A stretch of 64,000 bases of DNA from Balanoglossus misakiensis (GCA_040954595.2 CM082576.2:16787028-16851027), one strand, 5' to 3'; positions 49,301 through 61,559 are shown, counted from the stretch's first letter. Notes: generated from the letters alone by a model not told the origin. Program-made: numbers and translations.

Positions 49301-51043
49301 TATAAGTTTTGGGAAATGGTTTAAACGATTATTCTCCTTTATGTATTTACTTTGTTAAATAATATCATCAGTGGGGTTGGGGTGGCAAGCACTCTGCCCT
49401 GGTACACTAGACAAACCAGCAAAAAACGAAATGTGGCGGAGAATGAAGGGGTGGGTGTGGGAGGGGGTGTCCCCCTCCCACATGAGAAAATTTTGTAAAA
49501 TAAAGGGCGCGAAACTGCAATTTTGTGGACTCAAAAGTAAAAGTTCGGTGGCAAAAGTATGTGACCCCCCCCCCCCCTAAACGTTTAAAAAAACAGATGA
49601 CCCCCCCCTTTTGGACTTCAAAATTTAAGTGACCCCCCCCCCCCCCTGGATTTTGCCGCCCCCCCGGCCGTAAAAACTGAACGGTCCCTTAAGGCTTTTT
49701 TCGCGATTTTCAAGTGTTCACATTTGTGAAGATGATTTGATAATGATGAAATTACATTTGTGATCATGATAAAAATATCTGTGATTAACAATTATTGTAT
49801 TGTTATTTTTTCAGACATTCCTGAAACAACCTATATTCCCACATTACCACGTGAGTTGGAGCTTTATAAATTTTATCTTAATTCAATTTAGTGTTTTTTG
49901 ATGGAAAAGCGATATAATGATTTTCTATTGATCAGAGGATAAGACTATCCCCTTATGGGAACTCACTGGTGCAAATCATGCCATGTTAGCGTTCAAAGAC
50001 TGCATATAGCTCAAACACTGTTTGCTATAAAGGGTGCTATGCAGGCGTTGGCCCTTCTAAAAGTTGAGAGGTTGCTCTCACCTTCAACCTTAGAAAGTGA
50101 CCAATATTTTACAGAGCGCGAAAACGCGTGCACATCTCCTCGGTTGATTACCCAATAACTTGATAAGCTAACAACAATACATGTTTTAAATAACGTAAAA
50201 ACCAGACAGCCAATGACCATTTAATGCGATCAAAGTGCCCTGCTGTCATTGGCTGGCTGATTTCCGTTTCCAATGAGTAGCACCATTTAAAACATGTGTA
50301 ACAATTTCTTCTAACACCGTCCAGCCTGTGAATTTCCACCTGGTATTCAAAATGTCGCCCGTGGCAAGCAGGCTACACAGAGCTCAGACAAACCGAAAAA
50401 GGACGGCGCAGCATCTAATGCAGTGGACGGAAACTACAACAGTGATGTTTCATCCGGCGCATGCTCCTGGACCAACAAAGAATACCAACCATGGTGGAAA
50501 GTGGATTTAGGACGCGCCTATGATATATACGAGATTGTGATCACCAACAGAGAAGATTGCTGTCGTAAGTTCTATCAAGTATTAAGATGCCTTCCAGTTG
50601 CCAGTCAGCCTAACTTTTGTTGGCGGTCTAGCGCCCTATTGTTGTATGGGATTTCCCGTTGTGTTTAGCAAGGGTTTACTTGATTGTAATGGCGTCCTAT
50701 CCATGTGCACATAATTTCTTACGTTGATCTTGAGCAGGAAACTTTTGTTTCCAGGGCCCCGTTTTCGGCGTCTCTTTATACGACCTCTCATGAAGGTACT
50801 ACAATGTCTAATTCTTTTTCAGCCTTCCGCATTAAGAATGGAGAAATACGTGTTGGCAACAGTGCAAACTTCAAAGAAAATCCAGTGTGCGGGATGATGA
50901 TACTTGGTAGAATGGCCAAGGAACAGCCGATTCATGTCAGATGTGGCTGTGAGACGCCAATGAGCGGCCGCTACGTCAGCATTCAACTCATCGACAGAGA
51001 GCAGCAGTTGCATATGTGTGAATTCGAGGTTATGGCTCTGTAG
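37372..51043 (+). CDS. Chimeric secreted lectin: signal peptide, CTLD, CTLD, (PPTEA)7 linker, F-type lectin domain, ~522 aa
   Basis: Phase-consistent exons: 37372-37426, 39718-39944, 40214-40427, 40986-41215, 41552-41753, 43265-43408, 49815-49850, 50325-50564, 50823-51043 (1569 nt). CTLD motifs CPSGW...KCY, YIGL, WSDG, EPN, WND, FICE. FTLD motifs NVARGK..TQSS, AVDGN, PWWKVDLG, TNREDCC, GRYVSI, LHMCEFEV. Joining all exons into one transcript is inferred. Confidence 0.82.
38100..39140 (+). mobile_element. Interspersed repeat with a 5' (GTAT/GGAT)n microsatellite and internal tandem subunits (DINE-1/HINE-like)
   Basis: ttttaggtcac...cgtctgtatgtatgtatggatgg...tccatccac, then repeated ttctgaaac...ttgctttgaaat...ttgcatat units. 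Confidence 0.4.
40482..40713. mobile_element. ~225-bp MITE with TAGACT-type ends; inverted second copy at 59861-60085
   Basis: tagactagcccactagtcgcttggtga...gtgtttttggtagtgaggtgagtttcg is a reverse-complement match to 59861-60085. Confidence 0.7.
42173..42403. mobile_element. Palindromic hAT-like MITE with 8-bp TSD
   Basis: TAGACTGTCAACAGTCCCTCGCGCCTAATGTGTATCGA ... TCGATACACATTAGGCGCGAGGGACTGTCGACAGTCTA. TSD TTTCCGCG at 42165-42172 and 42404-42411. Confidence 0.85.
42279..42833. repeat. 276-bp tandem duplication covering the right half of the MITE plus flank
   Basis: ttacggccatcgcaccacg occurs at 42280 and 42556; the copies are near-identical. Confidence 0.88.
43280..43392 (+). repeat. Coding 15-bp repeat (PPTEA)x7 with 30-bp higher-order periodicity
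   Basis: ACG-GAG and ACA-GAA codon pairs alternate inside exon 43265-43408. Confidence 0.85.
43881..48798. mobile_element. CACTA/EnSpm (CMC)-like non-autonomous DNA transposon, 4918 bp
   Basis: TIR CACTGCAAATTCT / AGAATTTGCAGTG, 2-bp AA TSD, and dense subterminal CAAGCC/CAAACC/GGTTTG repeats. The empty site is seen in the sister MITE copy (~51931-51945). No transposase ORF recognised. Confidence 0.8.
45887..47121. repeat. Minisatellite, 70-bp unit, ~17.6 near-identical copies
   Basis: Unit ttgctgcctataacagtaggatggcaccatatcgtagtgttgtatcggtcagtctcatgttctcatatgg recurs every 70 bp from 45891 to 47081. Confidence 0.96.
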
Positions 51044-51432
51044 ACAGGGATAGGATTCTACACAAATACAGCAGATGAGAATAATGCATGCTTAGGTGAC
51101 TGGTAGTAGTTATTTTCAAACCACATTAACTCATCCTCAAACATGTGGTTGGTATAATTACCTGTTGACACTGCTTTGTTCTCAAAGCACACAATAGCAT
51201 CATAGAAATAAAACCATTTCTAGCATACAATTTTTGTCGTCTTGTGTGGATAATTCTACAGTCTTATGAAGTGTTCTTCTACAGCAATGAACCCTTTCGA
51301 CCATAAATGTGCATACGTACATTAGAGGTGACCATATACCACCACGAAGGTGGTCTGATGTAAAACCCATAGTAGACAGCAGGGTCACAGGCAGGACATT
51401 CTGGTTTTTGACACCCAAATCTCCACAATGTG

Positions 51433-51466
51433 TTTATGTATGTACGTATATATGTATGTGTGTGTG

Positions 51467-51512
<46 letters not shown>

Positions 51513-51520
51513 TGTGTGCG
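51433..51520. repeat. (TATG)n/(TG)n microsatellite
   Basis: Directly visible. Confidence 0.88.
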
Positions 51521-51623
51521 TTTGTTTGAATTGTTTCCGCAAAAGAATCACGTGAATCAACCAGATAATAAAGAATGTACCTATAAGGTCAGATTTCCCC
51601 CGCTCGCCCCTCAATAGTCATTA

Positions 51624-52606
51624 GTGACCGTTCAGTTTTTACGGCCGGGGGGGGGGGGGGGGGTTGGCAAGTTTGTGTCACTGGTTTTCAAAATCAGGCC
51701 GATCCCCCCTTCACCCAGGAGCAAACAATGATGACCCCCCTTTGACAGACCCAAAAATATGATGACCCCCCCCCCCCCCCACGTCGAAAACATTCGCCGT
51801 CCTGATCCTATGTTCACTGTATGCAATAAAGTGAATGAGGCTCCTCACACCTCAATTGTAAATTTCTTAAAGTAATTGAAGTATATAATAGTATATCGTT
51901 GCAATAAAGAAATCTATGAACAAATGAAAATGACAATCAATACAATAGTTGCTAGAATTGTTAAAACAAGAAAAGTGGCGGGGGTAAAATACGGTGCTCA
52001 AAGTTGCATTTTAATGAACTCAAAAGCAAATTATCTCAATGTTAGGGAGGACAAATGTTAATTTTGCCACTCCACTCAAAATAAGCATCGGGGTGGGATG
52101 GCAAGAAGTCTGCCCTGGTACACTTACTAGGCAAACCAGCGAATAAATGAAATGTTGCGAAGATTTGGCGTCATCTTCGTCATGACATCATTTATAAAAC
52201 TACTAGTATATAGAAGATGCAGCGCGAAACTATCAGTTATGCGAAATGGTGTAAACGATTATTCTACATTATGTATTTACTTTGTTAAATATTATCATCG
52301 GTGGGGTTGGGGTGGCAAGCACTCTGCCCTGGTACACTAGACAAACCAGCAAAAAATGAAATGTGGCGGAGAATGAAGGGGTGGGTGAAAATTAGAAAAT
52401 TTTGTAAAATAAAGGGCGCGAAACTGCAATTTTGTGGACTCGAAAGCAAAAGTTCGGTGGCAAAAGTATGTGACCCCCCTAAACATTTAAAAAAAACACA
52501 GGTGACCCCCCCCCCCTCCCCTTTTTGGACTTCAAAATTTAGGTGACCCCCCCCCCCCTGGATTTTGCCGCCGCCCCCCCCCCCGGCGTAAAAACTGAAC
52601 GGTCCC
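51624..52606 (+). mobile_element. Second copy of the Harbinger-like non-autonomous element
   Basis: g(t)gaccgttcagtttttacggc ... gtaaaaactgaacggtccc; flanks are tta / taa. Confidence 0.82.
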
Positions 52607-52840
52607 TAAGCGGTACTGTCAGTTGTTGTTTTATCGTGAATAACTTCTTTTCTCTATAAAAAAATCATATCATTGAAACAAAGATGACGATTATTAGGAT
52701 TTTTGTTCAACAAGGTTGGTTGTATCACATTTCTTATATATGAACCTCATCAAATATAATCAATCTTTATAAACTAGTATAAAATAAAGCTATAACACAG
52801 TTCTTTGTCTTCGCTTGAGGTTGATTTGGACCGAGAACTT

Positions 52841-55800
52841 CTAATACGTAGTAACGACCGCTGGTAAGGGTGTCACTCTGTGTTGTCGTGGAACCAGGTA
52901 CTTTCCGTCGGGTGCGGGCATCTCAGTCATTGTCAGCTGACCACTTTCGATTTCTCTGGTCTTGGTTGTTGCCTTGGAGACGGCACCTTTGTAGAAAACG
53001 GCGGCGATGATAGCAGCTATGATGCCGAGCACGGCTACTGACGCGACGGAACACCCAACGATAAATGGCAACGTTATTGACGGGCTTGGCGGGAGAGTAT
53101 TCGGTCTGCCTTCAGAGGATTTTGTTGTCGGTATATCGATATCCTCTTCGTCGGTGGTCATGGTTGACAGCATAGCACTGGTAATGTGCATAGTCGACGG
53201 TGGTGGCGCTGTTCCTGCCGCGCTTTTAGACACTATCGCGGTGGATATTACATTCGATGGAGGGCCTTCGTTCCCGCTGGCGTCTCGAGCTTTCACGGAG
53301 AAGAAAATTGTTCCGTTCTCATATGTGCCAGGCGCTTGTACAATCACCGTTTCCAGTGCCCCAAAAGCCTTAGGCGCCTCTAAGTTCCCGACTGCGACGT
53401 CACTATTGGTCAGCTCATCACCGGAAGAGAAATTATTGGCAAAAGAAGTGAAGTTTCTACTGTAGCGGAGATCATAAGCGTCAGCTGTAAATATAAACCA
53501 TCATAGAGTATAAAATGTTGAATAAAAGGTATAACAAAGTATAATAAGGTAAATTGGTGTGATATTTACAAGTGATCTGTGTAACTTTTAAATTCACAGA
53601 TCAGTGAAAAGTTAGAGTGCGTGCATGGTTGTTGGGTACGGCGGAGCTCCTTGTAATTATTTGTATCACGGTCACTCCACACATGTGTGGAGTGACCGTG
53701 TTTGTATATTAGTATTGAAATGACAATGTCCCTGTCCAGTCATACAAAAGCATTTATACGCTAATTACAACGTACCTGTGCCTTGGTCAAGATCATTGCC
53801 CGGTGCCGTCCACGCCAAGGTGATCGTCTTGTTGTCATACGACGTGTCAATCACTCTCAGATCAGTGACTCTTGATGGCGGGAAAAGGTCCCCTGCTGGA
53901 ACTGTCACTGGTGCTTGGATGACGCCACCAGATCCGACTCGGTTGAAATCCCCGACGGGTTTAGTTGGTTGGTTGGAATTGTCAACTGGCGCCGCTGTAA
54001 AATTGAACACAGTACAGAGGATCCAACGTTTCTGTCTGCCACGTATAAACCTAACTTGAAAAAACACTGGATTGTATTTTATACTATATGTCTGTGTGTC
54101 CATGGTATCAATCTTGCCTCCAAGGTGTGTTCTAACACGCGTATATCTGTTTAGGTATGTTGAAAGATCATTTAAAATTTATGACCCCATATTTTTAACT
54201 TCGTGACTGTTTACTGTACTGCCAAGTCAAATAAAATGGACATTAGTTATAATAACTTTGGGGTATTTTGTCAGCGTGTTTGTTTTGTTCGTCAGTACGC
54301 GAAATTATTACAGTTTATAAGTTGAAAAAACAACAACAAAATGATGGAAATGATCCGAAAACTTACGTGGTCTCAATGGAAGCACGCCACCATGCGTGCT
54401 ACTGGCACGAATTCCTGCACTGCCATTTGTGGCAGATGCCGTCACCTTGATGTTATACCGACAGTCTGGACATGTGGCTGTCACAAAATCCTTAAACACG
54501 CCACTATAAACACCGTCGTCTTTAATCACGTCTGCACCTATAGTCACGTTCATACAGAATTCATGACGTACATTATGTGACAATTTGACAATGTGTTAGT
54601 GACAAGAGAGCTGTTGAAATTACACACTGATTGTGAAAATCGATTTGTATTTTTAAATTGAATGTTAAAATGGTAGACAAACCTGCTCCATTATCGAGAA
54701 GCTGGACATCAACTGATGGATATGAAGATGGTCTGTCCACTGTGGCCTTGACGGTAGCACCAATGATTGGAGTGTATCCTTGTGTGACCTGAGCATAGAT
54801 GTTGGTCCATGCTGGAACTTCAGTTATAAAAGAGCCTTTGATGTATGATGATATTCGTATTGGTTGAACATTGTCTCTGGCCAAAGATTGTACGGATATA
54901 TCAACAGATTGCGGTAGGCCGCTTACCTCGTAGGACCATTCACCGGACTAAAAGAAAAAAAAAACAAGTATAATTGAAACAAATATTCCTACTGATCAGA
55001 CATGTAACACATGTGTTATCCTCCTTGCTCACCCACAAATCGATCCCACACTCTCACTGAATCGAAAGCTGTATATGACGCGAGCGCTGATTGGTTGACA
55101 AAAGTGTTCTTTGCTAACACGCGCTAAATGTTATCCAATCGCGCGATGTGTATCAAAGGGACAGAGACTACAACGTGCCAGACGACAGTTCCAGAGTCAT
55201 TTATTCAATGTTTTCAACGAAGTTGGCTAATTTGTGACCGTGTGAGAAATATAATCTCACACACCAAGGACCAAGGGATTATATTAATCACACCCGTCGG
55301 GAATATGGCTCGTGTGGGACAGAAAATCCCCAACTCGTGTGCGAAATATGATCCCAGGTCCTTGGGAGTGTGAGATATCGATTCTAGTCATAAAACGAAT
55401 ATTGACACATACCTCCGCGGTGCCTGATATTTCAATAGCCACCGATTTTCGTAGATCGTTACGTAGGTACTCAGCCGATGAACTGTCGATGATACCTCCG
55501 CTCGGTTTTCTCAAGACGACGGAAACTACCGCAGTCGACCACAAGAAGGAAAATTTGGTGTTTTTTCCAATGGTATTATCAATGAAAGTAGATCCACGTA
55601 AGCTGTCACCAGTTGGTATGGACACCGACCTGCCATGCAACTAAACATATTTATACACATATTTAATGCTTATTTATGTCGTTTAAAGAGTGGAGAATGA
55701 ACTCAGTTTTGTTTCCTTTTTTTGGAGAGTGCTTCTGTGCGTTGTGTTACATCCTTGAACTTCAGATTTGCGGGACTGACCGGCGAAAGGCTTCTCAAAT

Positions 55801-58800
55801 GTATTGTATGGTCATTTTATGAAACTTCCAGTCGATCGACCTATGACAAGATGGTTGATCCATTGTCAGTATTCAAGTAAAACTTGAACGTATTTTGACC
55901 GTTCACATACCGGTATTGGGACGTCTGTACTACCAGCTAGCCGTGACGTCACTGTTTCCGTGAGAGCATCGTCGAGACCCGTCGAGTTGCTGTTCTCTGG
56001 GTACGCAAATGACAGACCACTGGTGTTCATAGACAGTTTTAGCAACTTTTCATCTCCCAATGAACCAAATGAAATAGTGTCTACTCTTATTTCTTTACTT
56101 ATTAGCGTCGAGACCACATCTGCAATGTAAGGGCTAACATTCTCTCCTCCGTCGGTGATTAGGAGTACGATGCCACCATTGGCAAGTTTGCCGCCAAATT
56201 CGAGGACCTGTCGTGAGTGAAGATAAATCATCACTTTTGAGAGTATTGCCTTCCATATTTTACGCGTACAACACGCAATTCCAAATATCTCCAATTTGGT
56301 ATTGTTTGACATTTTCGATTAATTATTCTGTTCGACAAACATTATGTGAATGACCGGTTCATTTTTCGTTCTGCTTCATAGTTAGTGAAGGTCTGGCAAC
56401 CTTCCAGAGAAACCACACACAATCATATATGTTTTACTTGAAGTTTCCAAAATAGTTTCAGTGTGTTTTGAATACTAGTATGTTTCCATTCCATTCCAAT
56501 AGTCCATACAGTCGCTTGTTCAGTACATTTTTCGATTCAAAAGCTCTGTGTGACGCCATTTATTACATTTTAGTGATTACTGCCACCTACGTCCACTGCT
56601 GCATTGAGACCGCATCCAATGCAGGTAGACCCTCCTGCAACCGTCGGCAAAAGACTCGTCAGGGTATCTCGGGCCGTCGTCGTTTTTAATTCCACCAGAT
56701 GTGAAAGTATCGTTGCTGCGCCGGAAAACTCGACAATTCCAACGAAGTTGCCTTCAGGCACCGTGGCTTGTATGTACTTGGTTGCTATTTGGTTCAGAAT
56801 TCCGATGCGGTCATTCTGAAACGTCATCAAACATCAATAAATGTAACAAGTTAAACCACAAATGAAAGCAGGCTTTTGAAACGTGTGTCAACTTTCACAT
56901 CACTTACATTTTGGATGCTTATTATATTGTTTTGTCAGGTTTCTATTTCCTGTGTCTCTATATGCTGTTCTATTTCAGTATTCCGATAAATTGGAAAAAT
57001 GTATTTAAACAATTTCATTGTATACCTTTTAAAACAAAATCACAGATAAAGTGCAGTGTCTCCCCAGAAACGATGGTCTTTTCCATGAAAAAAGTATTTA
57101 AAGTGGTACACCAAACACACGTACCAAGTTGTTTCGTGCACAAACGAAGAAAATGAAATAAACACCCATTCCTACCGTATTCATACTACCTGATATGTCC
57201 AAAACCAAAACAATTCGGAGTGGGGATGACTTTATGATGCGAAAAGTTGGGGTTGTGTCTGCTCCAAGACGCGGGGGGTTTGCACCGCTTGCAAAGTCTT
57301 CAGATTCCATCATAACATCCCACGCACTTTTGTATAAACATTGTATGTTTTGTTGGTTGGGAGCCATTGCATTATGGAGAGACTTCTTTTCGCCCCTGGC
57401 GTTACTGTGACAAAACTCAGACACCTAGCACAACAACAACAACAACAACAACAATAATATAATCGTAATCATAATAACTCGCATATTGCACTAAAATCTA
57501 TCCCACTGGAATACATAGTCACTCAATGTTATAAAAATATTGTCGCATTTCACCAGCGAATCGATCAGTCTCCGCCTAAGTTGCTTTGGAATAAGCTTAT
57601 AAAACACTTTTCCCCATATATTATAGCCTAACTACTCCAATCTCTATGTTCTTACAGATGCAAGAAACGTATCAAATGAAGTTGTCTTTTGAAGAGAAGA
57701 AAGTAAATAAGGCATTTGCCTTAAAACATTTCAGGATTGCATTGGAGACGAAACAAGCTGCATCAACCCCGTGAGAGATGGTCAGCGCGTGGCCGTTATA
57801 AAAGTGTCAGTGCGCATTTTGAAGGCTTGTTTATGCCAACTCACGAATGTAGACTGCAAGGTAAGCTTATTACTTACAGTTTCCAAAAAGCTTGCATACA
57901 TGAAGGAGCCCGTCGCCTTCTGTTTGCTGTCCAGATCGGGAAAGAATCGACAATATTTATCTGGTAATACACCAGATTTAGGCTTGTATTCGCATGCGGT
58001 ATAATTCACGGCATTATTCACTGTACCAGTGACTTCACCAGAACATTGAGTAATTTCCACGTGGCCCTTCTCGTTCAAGTAAAAGTAATTGCTGTCGTCG
58101 GTGGCGTACTCGTCAAAAAGGCCCCAGCGCAGATGGCCCCATTCGTGGACGATCACCCTACCTGCACACGTGACAAAAATATTGGGCGTGGTTTGAGAAT
58201 GTCACATGTCGGAATGTCATGTATATATGTATATATATGGTCGTCGCTCTTCGCATTTGTTAAAGGGACAGAGTCTCTCTTTCGCTGTCCTTTTTCCATT
58301 AATTATGTCTGATGCAAGACACTGTTTATTCTGATGTAAATGTGTATATATAGTGAATCAACGTTCAACCACACACACTTTCCATCCCGCTTGTAGACAT
58401 GAGAGTGAAAAAACTCATCAAAATGAATAACCGGTCTCTACCATTTATTCATTTTAGGCGAGTTTTTACTCTCATATCATACAACCGGGATGGAAGTTGT
58501 GTGTGGTCGAACGTTGATCCAATATATATCCACACGTAGAATTACCTAAACGGTATCTTGTATCAATTGAAACATAATTAATGGGAAAAGGGCAGCGAGA
58601 GAGAGACGTTGTCCCTTTACACAAGGGGTGAGGGTGTTGGTGGGGTGAGGTATAACTTCTTCACCCTGGAATGTTAGGTGGTGGCTGCATTGAGGCACCT
58701 GTTGCGCGCTCTTGAAAGAAAGAGCCTTTCGTGATAGCTTCTGATTGGTCGCATCCAAGAGGTATAGGGTCCGCCCTGATATTTTACACTGAGTAATCTT

Positions 58801-61518
58801 TGTGTTTAGTACAATACATATCATGAACACTGGTGGCTGTATGCATGGTCTTTAACCTAAAACACTGTATCCCGATAGAAAGGATTTTTAGATTAAAACA
58901 ATATTTTGGACAAAAATCTCAGTTATATGACTGGCATTCGAAATAATCCGATGAAGTTAGTGTGTCTAAAATACAAACATCTTAAACATGTTGTTTTTAC
59001 CCCAGTCTGTTTAAGATAATGCGCATATACGTGTATATATGTAGAAATTCAGACTGTGTCACTTGTTATATTTACCAGGGTCGCCGAATCTATGCAACGT
59101 CCAATTGGCGTCGAGGACGAACTTCTCTGTCAGGTGAGTGTACTCGGCGCCTACCCCGCATTCCCGGAACTGATAGCTGTACGGATTGTCTTGCCATCTC
59201 TCGTTCGGTCTGTCAATGATGACATTGGCGGCGTTGAATATCTCCGTAGTTGCCGGGTCATGGGCGATACTGTCACCCCATGTTCTGGGTATCAGAATGC
59301 TGATGTCTTTGAAGTATGCGCGTTGATGTGTGGCCTGGTACAACAGTGCGGAGGCATCGGTAAACATGCGCTGTACAATGCGAGACAAAAAAGCGAACCG
59401 TGATTATAATAACGATGTCTGTGTAGGGTATCACATTCCTATTACGATCGCGATCCGGGAAATTTCGGCCCAATTTTATTTCTTGTCGTCGTACTTCTGT
59501 CGTCGTTACTCCCATTGACGTTACTTGGGAACGAAGAAATTATCTGCGAGGTTCGTGCAAACGCAGTATTTGTCTGACGAACGCATTCCTTGGTGTCAGT
59601 TATGTGTGTGTTTGCCATTTCCTAATTACACGTGTTTATGTTTTATTGAGCCGCCTAATCGAGTTTACAAACAACTTTACATATGGTGAGTACTTCCGTA
59701 GCTATAGTGGCAGCAAATAGCATTGGAATGTGTCCACTGCGAGCTTGCAGAACCGACATCGAGTATTTGTCGGCGTAATAAAACGAAACGACAGTAAATG
59801 CAGCGTTAATTATTCATGGATTACATTTCACTGCTAAAAGCAGAATTTCATTAGAGGAGTTAGACTTGCTCCAAGTATTTGGGCTTCATTATGTTTAGGG
59901 AACGCGTAGCTACCCGAAACTACAAGCTCAGTCCCAAATTCGAAACTCACCTCACTACCAAAAACACGCTCTAGGCAATCATGCACGCAAAAAGTATTGA
60001 CATTATTTATTAAGACAAAAAAAACGCCGAAAACACAAAAAGTATTGAGATTTAAACATCACCAAGCGACTAGTGGGCTAGTCTAAAGTGGAGTATAGGT
60101 ATTGCGAGGGACATCCTTTCCATTCAATATTGTTTCTTTGCAAATAATTCCCTGGACATTCAAGATAAACTTCGAATCACGGTGCCCGTGTAAATTCACA
60201 TTCCTGCGATCAAATGTTCAGTACAGCATGGGCACTTTGTTGAAATACAATGTAAGCTAAGACGTGGGGAGGTGTTTGAACAATTGAGCGTCGCTGGAGA
60301 AAACCAACCAATCAGGGAAAGCAACAGAAAGCATGGCATCAGTTCGGGCACACCCATATTGGGACCTAGTCTTGCTCCAAGACTGTGTGATAATGAAAAT
60401 GAAATGCGCGTCTGTATACGTATAGAACGTCCTGTGGACGCGACGCTAATCACACAGCTTTGCCTGGCGGCGCGTCGTACGAAAGTTCCATTCCGTATCG
60501 ACAGGCACAGCGACTGCCATAGAGTCTAATTGGGACCTATCACAATTACTGAGGCCTATGATTTTAAGGCCCCACTGCCAAGTTTAACGACGTCGAAAAC
60601 ATGCATCACTTTTATTCGCGCATCGTACAATAATTATCATTAACCAAAAACAGCAAAATTGCCTTTCAAATCCTTCCCCATCGCTTTTTAGAGATTTTCT
60701 TACGGATATTTTGTAATGATTTTCTAGAGTTATACCCAAAGACGCAATAGAGGACGGTCTCACCCATTAATAGTATAACCATGATCTCCCTGGCTTATAT
60801 ACACGACTCAATTTATAACCGAATTTGGGCAATTAACAAAATCACAAAAAGACAATACCAAAAACACAGAGAATATTAATTATAATAAAACAAAACGTAA
60901 AAAACACGAAATAAATGCGCGCAAAGAGGGCGAAATCCGAAAAAAGGAAATGTTAAAAAAATTACTTGATTATGTTCCATAATTGGCCAATGGATCTGCT
61001 TGATGGAAGTACCTAGCTCTGTTGCGCTAAATATCTTTCTTTAAATGATGTCCATAGATGGCAGCAAGTTAAACTCATGATGTGATGAGTGCTGTAATCT
61101 TGGATTGCATTGCCTTTGCATGAAACGTATTTCTCATGTGAGTAAGAGGGAATCACTTCTTATTCTTACGAGGATATGCATTTTGAAAGAATCTCCGTTG
61201 GTGTATTCCCCTCCCGATATTCGCAGATTGTATGTTTCATAAATCAGACAACATCAACATGTTGATCAGTGTATCAGCACAAACTTATACCATAATTGTG
61301 ACTTTTAATGACTTTCGGTGGCGAGAACTAGAGGATCTTACCTGTAAATTGTCCACAAGTGTTACATTTTCAGGTATGCCTTCATTGATGGCAATCAAAA
61401 TGCCAGAATATTCATTATTCTGGAGGGAAATCTTGGAACGGGACAGTAAACTACGTGCACTGTGTGATAAGATCAAGCAGAATGCCAAGACAAGAAGTTG
61501 ACGGTCAGAACCAGCCAT
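52841..61518 (-). CDS. Calcium-activated chloride channel regulator (CLCA)-family protein, membrane-anchored, ~1017 aa
   Basis: Eleven phase-consistent exons: 61518-61342, 59370-59076, 58161-57878, 57424-57176, 56815-56591, 56207-55911, 55640-55413, 54947-54683, 54537-54367, 53994-53776, 53484-52841 (3054 nt). Motifs: signal peptide, HEWGHLRWGLFDEY metalloprotease, vWA MIDAS DISGSM and LITDGGE, LLDNGAGAD..KDDGVYS, FnIII (PPSRVTDL, WTAPGNDLD), S/T-rich stalk, TM helix. Confidence 0.93.
53667..53700. mobile_element. 34-bp perfect palindrome flanked by a 7-bp direct repeat (minimal MITE)
   Basis: tttgtat|CACGGTCACTCCACACATGTGTGGAGTGACCGTG|tttgtat. Confidence 0.75.
55240..55390. repeat. Imperfect palindromic MITE-like element in a CLCA intron
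   Basis: atctcacacaccaaggacc...atta / tatgatcccaggtccttgggagtgtgagat. Confidence 0.5.
58341..58535. repeat. ~200-bp imperfect palindrome (MITE-like) in a CLCA intron
   Basis: atcaacgttcaaccacacac..ttccatcccg..tgagagt..aaaatgaataa is mirrored by ttattcatttt..actctca..cgggatggaa..gtgtgtggtcgaacgttgat. Confidence 0.65.
59861..60085. mobile_element. Inverted copy of the 40482-40713 MITE
   Basis: tagacttgctccaagt...ctagtgggctagtcta; flanks agaggagt / (a)agtggagt resemble an 8-bp TSD. Confidence 0.7.
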
Positions 61519-61559
61519 GGCTGTATGTATTTCTGCCCGTTTTCTCGGACAGACGCGAC

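Larger units (their letters stand above)
43571..49688 (+). mobile_element. PIF/Harbinger-like non-autonomous element (~1.2 kb) split by a 4.9-kb insertion
   Basis: TIR GGGACCGTTCAGTTTTTACGGC, TSD TTA on both sides; homologous to the uninterrupted copy at 51624-52606. Confidence 0.82.
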
